A stretch of DNA of 64,000 nt, taken from positions 422,706 through 486,705 of the forward strand of contig CBDCMW010000002.1 of NCBI GenBank assembly GCA_965219165.1, read 5' to 3'. Shown here piece by piece: positions 25,352-35,800 of the stretch. Position 1 is the first letter of the stretch; each line of letters begins with the position of its first letter. The position numbers and the translations under genes are program-made. A model generated the notes under the pieces. That model saw nothing but the letters and a program-made list of their open reading frames with translations. It was not told the origin of the DNA and searched no databases. This DNA is from Candidatus Aldehydirespirator sp. GTDB taxonomy: Bacteria; Actinomycetota; Acidimicrobiia; Acidimicrobiales; Aldehydirespiratoraceae.

Positions 25352-28195
25352 ATGAGCCGCCTGGGCGCGCGGCCCACCGAGGTGATCGACCGGTCCGCCA
25401 AGCTGCGGTTCCGCTGGAACGGCAAGCGCTTCAGTGGCTTCGAGGGCGACACCATCGCCTCGGCGCTGGCCGCCGCCGGGGAGCACGTGTTCTCGCGCTC
25501 CATGAAGTACCACCGGCCCCGCGGCATCCTCACCGCCGACTACTGGGATCCCAACCTGCTAGTGCAGGTGGGCGACGATCCCAACGTGCGGGCCGGGCAC
25601 CGCCTGCTGGAGTCGGGCATGGACGTGCGGGCCCAGAACGTGTGGCCGTCGCTGCGCCACGACATCAAGGCGGCCAACGGCCTGGTCGGGCGTTTCCTGA
25701 CGGCCGGCTTCTACTACAAGACGTTCATGCGCCCGCAGCGGCTGTGGCCCGCCTACGAGCGGGTGCTGGCCACGTTCGCGCCGGGCGGCAAGATCGACCT
25801 GGACACGCCCCACCGCTATCACGACAAGCGCTACACCCATCCCGACGTCGTGGTGGCCGGCGCCGGGCCGGCCGGGATCGAGGCGGCTCTGGCCGCGGCC
25901 TCCGCCGGTGCCCGGGTGATGCTGGTGGAGCACCAGCACGCAGTGGGCGGCCATCTGCGCTACTGCAGCAGCGAATCGGCCCGCGCCGCGCTGGCCGAGC
26001 TGCGAGCCGCACTCGACGCCTCCGACGTGGAGGTTCTCACCGACTCAACCGTCACGGGCCGGTACGAGGACAACTGGCTCGGGATCGTGCAGCGCAACCA
26101 CCCCGTAGCGGTAGAGCGCCTCATCAAGGCTCGGGCCAAGGTGCTGGTGGCTGCGCCGGGCCTGATCGAGAGACCCTACGTGTTCTCGGGCAACGACCGG
26201 CCCGGAGTGATCACCTCGGGCGCGGCCCGTCGCTTGATCAACCTGTGGGGGGTCAAGCCGGGCGAGCGGGCGGTGGTGTTCACGGCCAACTCCGAGGGCG
26301 ACGCCGCCGCCGCCGACCTCGACCGGGTCGGGGTGGAGATCGCCGCGGTGATCGACGGCCGCGAGGGCCGGCGCATCAGCGCGGCCCAGGGCGCGTCGAG
26401 GGCGGTGGAGGCCGTGGTCGCGGGCGAGACCCGCATCGAGGCCGACCTGCTCGTCGTGGCCGCCGGCTGGACCGCTCCCACCTCGCTGCTCAACATGGCC
26501 GGTGACCGGCCCGTCTACGACGCCGAGGTTGCCCGGTTCTTCCCGTCGGATCCACCCGGCAACGTGCTGCCCACCGGCGGGCTGGCCGGGGACGGCAAGC
26601 TCGACGACCTGCGGGCCCACGGCGCCGCCACCGGACTCCTGGCCGCGCGGCGGGCCGCGGCGGTGGCCCACCGACTCCAGGCCCGCACCGCTCGGGCCCT
26701 CCCAGTCGACGGTGACGAGCCGGCCTGGGCGCCCGATGAGCGGACTTCGCTGGACCGCGACGCCCATCCCGAGCTCTACCGCTCGGACACGCACGGCATG
26801 GTCGACTTCTCCGAGGACGTCGGCTCCAAGGATCTGGTCGCCGCGGCCCGGGAGGGCTACGACTCGGTGGAGCTGGCCAAGCGCTACACCACCGCCACCA
26901 TGGGACCCTCGCAGGGCAAGCTCGAGACGGTCAACACCGTTGCCGCCATCGCCGAGGCCCGGGGCGAGACCATCGCCCAGGTGGGCACAACGGTGTGGCG
27001 GCCCCCGTACGCGCCGCTCACGCTGGGCGCGCTGGCCGGGCGGGTGTTCGAGCCGGTGCGGGTGTCGTCGATCCATCCTTGGCACGAGGCCAACGGCGTT
27101 CGCACCATCCTCGCCGGCCAGTGGATCCGCCCCGACCACTACGGCGACCCCGCCGCGGAGGTGCGCAACGTGCGCACCAACGTCGGCCTGATCGACGTCA
27201 CGCCGCTGGGCAAGCTGGACTTGCGCGGCCCCGACATCCCGAAGCTGCTCAACCTGCTCTACACCAACAAGTGGTCGAAGCTGCCGGTGGGCAAGGTGCG
27301 CTACGGGATGATGTGCGCCGAGGACGGCGTGGTGTTCGACGACGGCGTGACCGGCCGCCTCGACACCGACCACTACCTGATGACCACGACCAGTTCGGGC
27401 GCGGGCGGCGTGTGGGAGTGGATCGAGAACTGGCTGCAGACCGAGCGCCCCGACTGGAGGGTGCACGTCACCCCGGTCACCACCGCCTATGCCAGCATCA
27501 ACGTGGCCGGACCCAAGTCCCGGGAGCTGGTGAGCAGGGTGACCGAGGGTGTGGACCTGTCGCCGGAGGCCTTCGCCTACATGGAGGTCCGCACGGCGAC
27601 GGTGGCTGGCGTGCCGGACTGCTTCATGTGGCGAATCGGCTTCACCGGCGAGCTGTCCTTCGAGCTGCACGTCCCCGCGGGCCACGGCCTGCATGTGTGG
27701 GAGGCGCTCATGGACGCGGGCGCCGATCTCGGTGCCGGTCCGTTCGGTCTGGAGGGCCAGCGCATCATGCGCCTCGAGAAGGGCCATTTCATCGTGGGTC
27801 AGGACACCGACGGCCTCACCCTGGCTCCGAGCACGGGCTTGGGCCCGCTGATCAAGCTCGACAAGGACGACTTCGCGGGCATGCCCGAGCTGGCCTGGGC
27901 CATCGACCGCCAACTGCCCATGATCGTGGCCATCCAGCCCGACGATCCCAACGTGGTCCCCGACGAGGCCGCCCAGATCGTGCGGGGCGACACCAACGAG
28001 ATACTGGGCCGGATCACCTCGGCCCGCATGTCTCCCACGCTGGGACGGTCGATCTGTCTGGGCCAGGTGGAGCCCGACCTGGCTGGGGGCGGCACCAAGC
28101 TGACGGTGCTGTTGACCTCCGGTGAGCGCATCAGCGCCACCGTGATGGACCACCACGCCCATTTCGATCCCGAGGGGGAGCGTCTCCGTGGCTGA
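25346..28195 (+). CDS. soxA: Sarcosine oxidase alpha subunit (FAD/NAD-binding plus GcvT-like folate domain)
   Basis: 949 aa. DVVVAGAGPAGIEAALAAA dinucleotide fold. C-terminal aminomethyltransferase-like domain (GKLDLRGPD..., ELSFELHVPA). Confidence 0.9.
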   Translation: MTMSRLGARPTEVIDRSAKLRFRWNGKRFSGFEGDTIASALAAAGEHVFSRSMKYHRPRGILTADYWDPNLLVQVGDDPNVRAGHRLLESGMDVRAQNVWPSLRHDIKAANGLVGRFLTAGFYYKTFMRPQRLWPAYERVLATFAPGGKIDLDTPHRYHDKRYTHPDVVVAGAGPAGIEAALAAASAGARVMLVEHQHAVGGHLRYCSSESARAALAELRAALDASDVEVLTDSTVTGRYEDNWLGIVQRNHPVAVERLIKARAKVLVAAPGLIERPYVFSGNDRPGVITSGAARRLINLWGVKPGERAVVFTANSEGDAAAADLDRVGVEIAAVIDGREGRRISAAQGASRAVEAVVAGETRIEADLLVVAAGWTAPTSLLNMAGDRPVYDAEVARFFPSDPPGNVLPTGGLAGDGKLDDLRAHGAATGLLAARRAAAVAHRLQARTARALPVDGDEPAWAPDERTSLDRDAHPELYRSDTHGMVDFSEDVGSKDLVAAAREGYDSVELAKRYTTATMGPSQGKLETVNTVAAIAEARGETIAQVGTTVWRPPYAPLTLGALAGRVFEPVRVSSIHPWHEANGVRTILAGQWIRPDHYGDPAAEVRNVRTNVGLIDVTPLGKLDLRGPDIPKLLNLLYTNKWSKLPVGKVRYGMMCAEDGVVFDDGVTGRLDTDHYLMTTTSSGAGGVWEWIENWLQTERPDWRVHVTPVTTAYASINVAGPKSRELVSRVTEGVDLSPEAFAYMEVRTATVAGVPDCFMWRIGFTGELSFELHVPAGHGLHVWEALMDAGADLGAGPFGLEGQRIMRLEKGHFIVGQDTDGLTLAPSTGLGPLIKLDKDDFAGMPELAWAIDRQLPMIVAIQPDDPNVVPDEAAQIVRGDTNEILGRITSARMSPTLGRSICLGQVEPDLAGGGTKLTVLLTSGERISATVMDHHAHFDPEGERLRG

Positions 28196-28769
28196 TCAGC
28201 TCGCCTTCGAGAGTCCGGTGGTGAGCCGTTACTCGACGGCCTCCTCCGGTCATCTGATGCTGGTCGACTCCAGCGCCACAGTGAAGTGGCTGGTGCGGGC
28301 CGCGGCCGGCGGCGCCGCGTCTGAGCGGCTCGATGCGCCGTTCGGCTCGTCGCGGGTCACCCCGGACGGGGCGATGGTGCTGGGCTCCAGGCCCGGGGAG
28401 TGGATCGTTGCCGGCGCCGCGGGCGCGGTGGCCGAGGTTGTGGCGAGCCTTGACGGACTGGATTCCTCGGACTTCGTGACTGCTCTCGACTGGACCCATG
28501 GCCGGGCCCTGTTCCGGATCACCGGCCAGGATGCGCCCCGGATGCTGGAGAAGGTGTGCAGCCTCGACTGGATCGATCCGATGACGCCAGACGGCGCGGT
28601 CGCCTCCGCGTCGGTGGCCAAGGTCACTTGCGACATCTCTCGCAACGATGTCGACGGCACGCCGTCCTACTTGATCTTCTGCGACCGCTCCTTCGGCCAG
28701 TACCTCTTCGATGCCCTCATCGACGCCGGCGACGAGTTCGGCCTGTCCGTCGGCCCGGCCAGCGCGTAG
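28188..28769 (+). CDS. soxG: Sarcosine oxidase gamma subunit
   Basis: 193 aa. GTG 28188 overlaps the soxA end by 8 nt. Size and position fit SoxG. Sequence-level recognition is weaker than for the other subunits. Confidence 0.75.
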   Translation: MADQLAFESPVVSRYSTASSGHLMLVDSSATVKWLVRAAAGGAASERLDAPFGSSRVTPDGAMVLGSRPGEWIVAGAAGAVAEVVASLDGLDSSDFVTALDWTHGRALFRITGQDAPRMLEKVCSLDWIDPMTPDGAVASASVAKVTCDISRNDVDGTPSYLIFCDRSFGQYLFDALIDAGDEFGLSVGPASA

Positions 28770-28812
28770 TCGGCCCGGCGCAGGAAAGTCGCGGCAGCCG
28801 GCCCGGCCGGCC

Positions 28813-28947
28813 CGTAGCTTGCCGCCTATCCGCTCGGCCTCTAGTCTCCCGCTCTTGTTCGCTGCGCTCACGGGCCGCTCGGGCCACGGCCTCGCTCTGC
28901 GCCTCACGAGATTCTCGTAGCTTGCCGCCTATCCGCTCGGCCTCCAG
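28813..28947 (-). repeat. Dispersed repeat family, most complete copy (block1-block2-block1)
   Basis: cgtagcttgccgcctatccgctcggcctc occurs twice (28813-28841, 28916-28944), flanking a 71-bp core. The core's reverse complement matches 48259-48339. Intergenic after soxG. Confidence 0.85.
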
Positions 28948-29041
28948 GGACGCCAAGCGCGGCCCGACCGCCTATCCTCTTGTCGCCGGGGTTCGACGCT
29001 CCGGCGTCCGGTCCGCCCCCAACCGCCGCTGGAGACGCTAA

Positions 29042-29866
29042 GTGGTCGAGGTTCCCGACTATCTGCTCGAACGCTCGCGTCAGCGCCGGACCGAGCTGAC
29101 CGGTGCACCTCCAGATGGCGGCGACGCGACGCCCGGCGCCGAGGCCTCGCCTGCGGCTCCTGCGGTGGTCGCGGCGGCCGCGCCCGCACCTGCCGCTCCT
29201 GCCCCTATCCCGGAGGCTCTCCCGCCGCCTCCCCCCGAACCGGATCCGCCCTACGTCGAGGCGGCTCACCAGCGCAAGCGGATGCCGTACTGGGCCGCGT
29301 CGGTGATGGTGTTCCTGCCTATCTGGGCCATCTTCTATGTGGGCATGCTGGAGCCTCCTGACTCCGATGAGCTGGTGCTGGTTGACAACGGCGCCGCCGT
29401 GTACAGCACTTGCGCTTCGTGCCATGGCGCGGACGGCTCCGGCTCCGCCACTGGCCGCCAGCTCAGCGACGGGGAGCTGCTCCTGACGTTCGGACCTGCC
29501 CCTGGCTTCGACGGCTTGGCCCATCACCTGTCCTGGGTGTACCTGGGCACTGCCGGCACCAAGCGCCTGGGACTCGACAACTACGGCAACCCGGCCCGTC
29601 CCGGCGGCCAGCGCGAGGTCGACAGCTTCGCCAGCGGCATGAGCGGCTTCTCCAACCTGAGCTTCGAGGACCTGGTGTCGGTGGTGTACTACGAGCGGGT
29701 CATCCACGGCGGCCTCGATGCCGAGAAGGCTGCACACGAAGAGGAGATGCTGCTCGCTCTGGTGGCCGACGGCCCAACCTTCGAGACCGGCTCGCCCGAC
29801 GAGATCAGCGCCTTGCTAACCGAGGCCGCCGAGGGCCACGGCATAGATCTCGCCGTCGGCGAGTAG
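29042..29866 (+). CDS. Membrane-anchored mono-haem c-type cytochrome
   Basis: 274 aa. Pro/Ala-rich N-terminus, TM helix WAASVMVFLPIWAIFYVGML, haem motif CASCHG. Confidence 0.7.
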   Translation: MVEVPDYLLERSRQRRTELTGAPPDGGDATPGAEASPAAPAVVAAAAPAPAAPAPIPEALPPPPPEPDPPYVEAAHQRKRMPYWAASVMVFLPIWAIFYVGMLEPPDSDELVLVDNGAAVYSTCASCHGADGSGSATGRQLSDGELLLTFGPAPGFDGLAHHLSWVYLGTAGTKRLGLDNYGNPARPGGQREVDSFASGMSGFSNLSFEDLVSVVYYERVIHGGLDAEKAAHEEEMLLALVADGPTFETGSPDEISALLTEAAEGHGIDLAVGE

Positions 29867-29899
29867 CCGGTCGGGCCGGTCGGGCCAGGCCCGAGGCCA

Positions 29900-31531
29900 G
29901 TGACTAGGACCGACATGACCGCCACCGAGGAGTGGTCCGCGCTGGTCCGCCACGCCCGTGAGCTGCAAGCAGGCGGCGTGCATCTGGCAGGGCTGTTCGA
30001 GGCCGACCCGGGCCGGGCCGGGCGCTGTGTTTCGATGGCGGGCGATCTGGTGATCGACTGGTCCCGGCATCTGGTCACCGGCACCACCGTTGAGTTGCTG
30101 CTGGCCCTTGCGGCCCGGGCCGGGGTGAGCGAGCGGATCGCGGCGATGCTGGCGGGCGAGCCTGTAAACACCACTGAGGGCCGCGCTGTGTTGCACACCG
30201 CTCTGCGGGCCCGGACCGGCGACGCCGTTGTGGCGGGCGGGACCGACCTGGGGCCTGCTGTTGCCGCCGAACGCGACCGGATGGGGGCCTTCGCTCGGGC
30301 TCTGGGTTCGGGGGAGAGGCGGGGGGCCACGGGCCGGTCGATCCGCACGGTGGTGAGCCTCGGGATCGGCGGCTCGCACCTGGGCCCGGCCATGGCCTAC
30401 GAGGCGCTGGCCGCGTTCCGCCGTCCCGGTGTCGAGTGCCGGTTCGTGTCCAACATCGACCCGGCCGCGCTGGCGTCAAGCCTGGACGGCCTCGATTCGG
30501 CTGAGACGCTGTTCGTGGTGGTGTCGAAGAGCTTCGGTACCGCCGAGACGCTGGCCAATGCCCGCGCCGCTCGGGCTTGGGCGGCGTCGGCACTCGGTTC
30601 TGACGCCGCGGATCGCCATTTCGTGGCGGTGACCGCGGACGCTGACGCGGCGGTGCGATTCGGTATCGCCCCCGACGACGTCTTCATGATGTGGGACTGG
30701 GTCGGGGGACGCTTCTCGCTGGGATCCTCGGCTGCGCTGGCGCTGGTGGTGGCCATCGGCGACGACAACTTCGCAGAGATGCTGGCCGGGATGCGAGCTG
30801 TCGACGAGCATGTCGCCGCGGTGGCGCCGCCGGCCTGCGCTCCGATGCTGCTGGGCCTGCTGGCGGTGTGGTACCGGAACTTCTGGGGTCTGCAGTCACG
30901 GGCGGTGGTGCCGTACTCGCAGAGGCTGCGCCTGTTTCCTGCCTGGTTGCAGCAGGTCGTCATGGAGTCCAACGGCAAGCGGGTCCGCCTCGACGGCAGT
31001 CCGGTGGGCTGCGAGACCGCCGAGGTGGTGTGGGGCGGCATGGGCACCGACAGCCAGCACTCCTTCCATCAGTTCCTGCACCAGGGCACGACCGTTGTTC
31101 CCGCCGACTTCATCGTCTTCGCCCGTCCGGATGCCGACACGGCTGGCGTTGCCGATGCCGGAGCGCGCCATGGGGTCCTGGTGGCCAACTGCTTCGCCCA
31201 GGCCGCTGCGCTGGCCTTCGGCGCTGCGTCCGCGGCGGGGGAGGATCCCCATCGTGAGCTGCCCGGGAACCGCCCGTCCACGGTCATCATGGCCCCTGCG
31301 TTGACCCCGTCTGTGCTGGGCCAGCTAGTAGCGCTCTACGAGCACCAGACGGTGGTGCAGGGAGCCGTCTGGGGCATCAACAGCTTCGACCAGTTCGGCG
31401 TCGAGCGCGGCAAGCAACTCGCGGACGCCATAGTCGATGACCTTGCAGGCGATCCCAGCGGGCCTGAGGGGTCCCACGACCCGTCCACAGCGTCACTGAT
31501 CGCCCACTACCGCCGCTTGCGTGAGTCCTAG
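29900..31531 (+). CDS. pgi: Glucose-6-phosphate isomerase
   Basis: 543 aa. GIGGSHLGP, VVSKSFGTAETL, GGRFSLGSSA and QHSFHQFLHQG motifs of PGI. Confidence 0.92.
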   Translation: MTRTDMTATEEWSALVRHARELQAGGVHLAGLFEADPGRAGRCVSMAGDLVIDWSRHLVTGTTVELLLALAARAGVSERIAAMLAGEPVNTTEGRAVLHTALRARTGDAVVAGGTDLGPAVAAERDRMGAFARALGSGERRGATGRSIRTVVSLGIGGSHLGPAMAYEALAAFRRPGVECRFVSNIDPAALASSLDGLDSAETLFVVVSKSFGTAETLANARAARAWAASALGSDAADRHFVAVTADADAAVRFGIAPDDVFMMWDWVGGRFSLGSSAALALVVAIGDDNFAEMLAGMRAVDEHVAAVAPPACAPMLLGLLAVWYRNFWGLQSRAVVPYSQRLRLFPAWLQQVVMESNGKRVRLDGSPVGCETAEVVWGGMGTDSQHSFHQFLHQGTTVVPADFIVFARPDADTAGVADAGARHGVLVANCFAQAAALAFGAASAAGEDPHRELPGNRPSTVIMAPALTPSVLGQLVALYEHQTVVQGAVWGINSFDQFGVERGKQLADAIVDDLAGDPSGPEGSHDPSTASLIAHYRRLRES

Positions 31532-31550
31532 CTGCCGATCGACCCCGTCT

Positions 31551-31571
31551 CGCCGAACCTCCGGCGGTTTT
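31551..31571 (+). terminator. Weak hairpin + T-run after pgi
   Basis: cgccg-aacctc-cggcg followed by gtttt. Short stem, so low confidence. Confidence 0.3.
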
Positions 31572-31644
31572 GGGTCATATGCGACGACAACTCCCGGAAG
31601 TTCGGAACCGACACACCCCTTGCGTCGCCATGACGGTCCAGCGT

Positions 31645-32793
31645 CTAGGGCCAGAGCCGGTCGGCTTGGAGGGCTTGGTGCAGGTTGTCGAGGGGCCAGA
31701 TGTCGATGCCGTCCTCGGTCCTGAAGGCCCGCCCGCCGCGGTAGGCGAGGATGCGGCGGGCCAGTCCCGGGAGCTCGGCCACGGCTCGCAGCCCTCTGAG
31801 CATGGTGGTGTTGTACCGCTCAGATGCCTTGACCTCTATGGCGAGGTGCTGGCGGTCGCGGGTGAGGACGAAGTCGACCTCGGCGGCGGACTCGGCGGCG
31901 GCCCAGTAGCCGATGTCGTCGTAGACGCGCTGATATTCGTTGTGGGCTTGCAGCAGGGCCAGTACCCAGCCCTCGAGTAGGGCGCCGCGCTCCTCGGCCG
32001 CCACCGGGCCAAGCTGGCGTTTGACAGCTCGCACTAGGCCCGGGTCGGCCCAGTACAACTTGGGGCGACGTCTCTCCCGCACCCGAAGCCTCGCCTCGAA
32101 CGCAGGCAGTTGCACGGCCAGCAGAGTGTCGTCGAGGATCTCGAGGTAGCCGTTGACGGTGGTGCGGGCGATGCCGGCATCGCGGGCAATGGAGGCGGCG
32201 TTGACGGTCTGGGCGTGCATCACCGCGGCCACCGGCAGGAAGCGCACGAAGCCCGACAGGTTGCGCACCGCGGCCTCGGCCCGGATCTCCTCGCGCAGGT
32301 ACAGCTGCGTGTAGCTCTGGAGGGCCTCGCGCCGGTCCGGTGCGGTCGATACCAGCGGGATGGTGCCATAGCGGAGCGCGTCGTCGAGGTTGAAGTCGTC
32401 GCTGAGCTCGGCCGGGGTCAGCGGGTGCATGGCCTTGCGCAGCGCCCGGCCGGCCAGCAGGTTGGTCCCTGTCGTCTTGAGCTTGCGGGCGCTGGATCCC
32501 AGCAGGGCGAAGCGCACGCCTCGCTCCTCGATCATCCGGTGCACTTCGTTGAGCAGGCTGGGGATGCGCTGAACCTCGTCGACTACCACCCAGTCGCCCG
32601 GGCCCACCCCCGACAGCAGTTGTCGGAACAGCGACGGATCGGCGAGCAGGTCGGTGAAGAGGGTTTCGTCGAGCAGGTCAAGGCGCAGGGCGTCGGGAAG
32701 GGCCTGCCGGGCCCATGTGCTCTTGCCGACGCCTCGCATGCCCAGCAGAAAGAAGCTCTGCTCCGGCATCCGGGCCAGCCGTCTGTATAGCAT
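31645..32793 (-). CDS. AAA+ ATPase with DUF4143-type C-terminal domain
   Basis: 382 aa. Walker A GMRGVGKST, Walker B WVVVDEVQ. C-terminal EVDFVL...IEVK restriction-fold-like segment typical of the AAA_14/DUF4143 family. Confidence 0.8.
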   Translation of the reverse strand: MLYRRLARMPEQSFFLLGMRGVGKSTWARQALPDALRLDLLDETLFTDLLADPSLFRQLLSGVGPGDWVVVDEVQRIPSLLNEVHRMIEERGVRFALLGSSARKLKTTGTNLLAGRALRKAMHPLTPAELSDDFNLDDALRYGTIPLVSTAPDRREALQSYTQLYLREEIRAEAAVRNLSGFVRFLPVAAVMHAQTVNAASIARDAGIARTTVNGYLEILDDTLLAVQLPAFEARLRVRERRRPKLYWADPGLVRAVKRQLGPVAAEERGALLEGWVLALLQAHNEYQRVYDDIGYWAAAESAAEVDFVLTRDRQHLAIEVKASERYNTTMLRGLRAVAELPGLARRILAYRGGRAFRTEDGIDIWPLDNLHQALQADRLWP

Positions 32794-32849
32794 ATAGTCA
32801 AGAATAGCCGAAAAATGACGGCTATAGATTCATAAATGTGCCATTTGGG

Positions 32850-35800
32850 CTATTCAGGCGGCGATAAGTTGATTCGGAGCCGTGAGGCCAACTCCAGCAA
32901 GTCCTCGTCGGAGCGGTCGGCTCCGAGGAACTCGACCAGTTCCTCCTGGCGTGGCTGGCCGAACGCGAGGCGATATGCGGCGAGCGTCTTGCGCAACTGG
33001 GGCAGGACCGCCTCATCTCGGCTGAACGGCATGACCGGCACATGCCGTTCGATCCTGGCCGGTCCCTCGTGGAACACCCAGTAAGGCACCATTTCCCCGT
33101 CATCCGTCGGCGTGTCGGTGGCGGCCATGGCGAAGAGCTCGTTCCAGGGATCGACACCGGGGGCCATTCCCTTCGCGAGCAGGTCCGGGCCAAGGGTCGC
33201 GGCGATGTTCCGTCGGACGGCGTGACCCTTGTAGCGGTGAACGCGCCCCTCGCGCTGCTCCAAGTCGACCGGGTTGGAAGGTAGGTTCCAATGGACGACG
33301 GCGTGGCACCAGAGATGGAAGTCCAGCCCCTCCTGGCCGATGGAAGTGGAGGTAAGGACGAAGGGCCAGAACGGGGAGTTGAATGCCCTGGAGACGGATT
33401 CGATCCGAACCTCGCCGCCCTCGTCGAGGGTCTGATGGCCGAAGGCGACCGCGAAGCGAGTGCGCATCCGGTAGCGGTGGAACTCGATGTCGTGGCCATT
33501 GCGCTGCCGGCTGGGAATGTCCACCCGAAACGAGGATGTGCGCAGTTCCAGGGCCTCCGCGACTGTGTAGCCGATGTCGTCGGCTGCTTCCAGGCGCCGG
33601 TCGTCGTCGACCAAGCTCAGATAGCCGAGCCAGTCACGAAGCACATGAGCATGCTCGTCGAGAACGGCTTGGAGGTTGCCGTCGATCGAGTGTCGTAGGA
33701 CATCACGCCAGTAGAGGCCTCCGCCCTCGTCGGTGTCTGGTTCCTCCGAACCCCCACCGACGACGACGGCCGTTACCTCTGGGGCGTTGAAGAAGCTCCT
33801 GAACGCGGCGCCCACCCATGCGGCGTTCACCACCACGAAGTCGTCGGAGATCGGGAGCCCGGTGACCGAACTGATCATCCGCAGCGCGCATTGCGCTGGG
33901 CCGCCGACTGCGAGTTCGGCGAGCACCTCAACGAGGTCGTCGGGACAACGGCCGAGAGCCTCCGGGCCGTACTCGACCATGGCCCTGGCCTCAGCAAGGT
34001 GGGCGCGGAGCCCGCTTCCGGCTCGTTCGCCTTCCCAGCGCTCGGCGCTGCCCGGCGCGAGCAGGAGATCGGTTGCCGACTGATGGAGTCGCTGGTCGAG
34101 GAACAGGGGCGCGGCCCAGTACCACCTTTGGTCGACGGCTCCTGCTGCGGGCGCGGCGCCAACCAACGGTTCGACGGCCTTTGCCACCTCCGCGGCCACA
34201 TCGGCCAGCACCTCAGACACCCGACGGCGGCCGTCCAGCGCTCGCGGCCGGGGATCTCCGAGTTCTGCGAGGCTGAGGCTCGGCCAAGTGAGCAGGAAAG
34301 CGGTCATCGCCGCGGCTCGACGCCCGGCCACCGCCTCTCCCGGCCGGGGTCCGCCCGATGAGCGCTCGGTGGTTCGGAAGGCGAGACGCTGGCCTCCGCG
34401 CCGTCCGTAGTCGGCCGTGTAGTTGTGGCTGCGCGCCGCAAAGGCGCGCCGCTCAGCCTCGAAGCTCACCATCGAGGAGACCACTTTCGGGACGACTGCC
34501 CATCCTGAGAAGATCAGGCGCTTCGTGAGGCTGGCAGCCTCCCGCGACTCGTAGACCGATCCGGTGTCGTAGTACCGCATCGACGGAGGTATCCACAGCA
34601 ACTCGAAGGCACGACGTTGGTCGAGATCGTGGAGCAGCCAGCGAAGCCGCCCGTTCTGGGGGTCGATGCGCTGATACGCCTCGATGTCGTCCCAGTTCAG
34701 CAGGCCGGGGCCAGGATCGAGCCCGACGTCGTCGGCGAACCGGCCGTCTGCCGCGGCTTGAACGATTCCCTCCTTCAGCTTGTACCTCTCCATGAAGTTG
34801 ACGAGGTACGGCCCGGACTTCCAGTACTCCGTTGGCTCGTGGTGCTTCACGGTCTCGGCGAGGCTGCCGAAGCGCAGGTAGGCGCGAAGATCGTCGGGTT
34901 TCACCGGCGCTTCGGTGTCCAACTCGCGGAGCATTCCGTCGCGGTCCGGCGTGGCTGCCAACCGCTCTGTTCGTGCCATCACGCCCCGCAACTCGGCCCC
35001 GATGCTGCCGCAGATCGCCTCGGCACTGCTGAGCGACTCGGCGGATGTGAGCGCCGAACGGAGGGCGCTGAAGAGGTGCTGCAGCCGGTCGACTCGCGCC
35101 GAGTCCTGAAACAGGAACGAACAGGTGGCGAGGAAGTCCTCGTAGTGGTTGACGTCGATCTCATCGGCCGTCGTGTACATGCGGTACGGGGTTGCCGACA
35201 GCAGCAGCGTCCGGGTGGCGCGACCCGTCTCGGGATCCCGGTAGTCGAACAGACGGTGGGCCAACTTGGCCGCAAAATTGTCGGGCTCCGGCTGCAGCAA
35301 GTCTTTGAACCGCTGGAACTCGTCCAGCACCACGAGATCCGGTTGGAGCGCGGCAATGCCGACCCTCGCCATGATGGAGCGGACCTCGCCGATCAGCTCC
35401 TTGCGCCGCGGCTGCAACTCGTGCGGGAACTTGCGCTTCCACGCCAGCTTGCCGGCAAGATTCTCGAACAATTCGCGAACGGTCGGCTTGCCGCGGGCCG
35501 TCCGGGACTCGTCGAGCTCTGCGAGCAGTTCCGCGAACTCGTCGAGCGAACCCGTGATCCGAGGCCGGTACTGTCGCTCCACCCACCGCAGCCGCCCGTC
35601 GGGGTCGCCGGCTCTGATGCCGTGCCAGAAGATGCGCCGCGCCGGTGCGTTCATGACACTCGCCCCCCAATGGGCGCGCAGGAACGTGTACGCCAGGCAG
35701 CGCTCGCCGAACCTGCCCGTCTGATGGCCGAACTTCAGGGACGTTCCGGGTGTGATCGCCAGCAGGTTGACACCCGTCTGTCCGTCGTCACCGTCGTCCA

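Noticed and set aside
24732-25533. Minus-strand ORFs running through the 35-bp array with a 35-aa periodic peptide (MPTPPVEGTGRSCRRLRWKGRAGHADASGGRDGPV...)
   Set aside because: The periodicity is simply 3 x 35 bp read in three frames. The ORFs are antisense to the soxD and soxA ends and have no start context.
26045-28162. 705-aa minus-strand ORF antisense to soxA (similar cases: 1919..3343 opposite gyrB, 18595..20232 and 20269..21975 opposite the Mo-enzyme/amidohydrolase)
   Set aside because: No recognisable domains and biased composition. The opposite strand encodes well-supported proteins.
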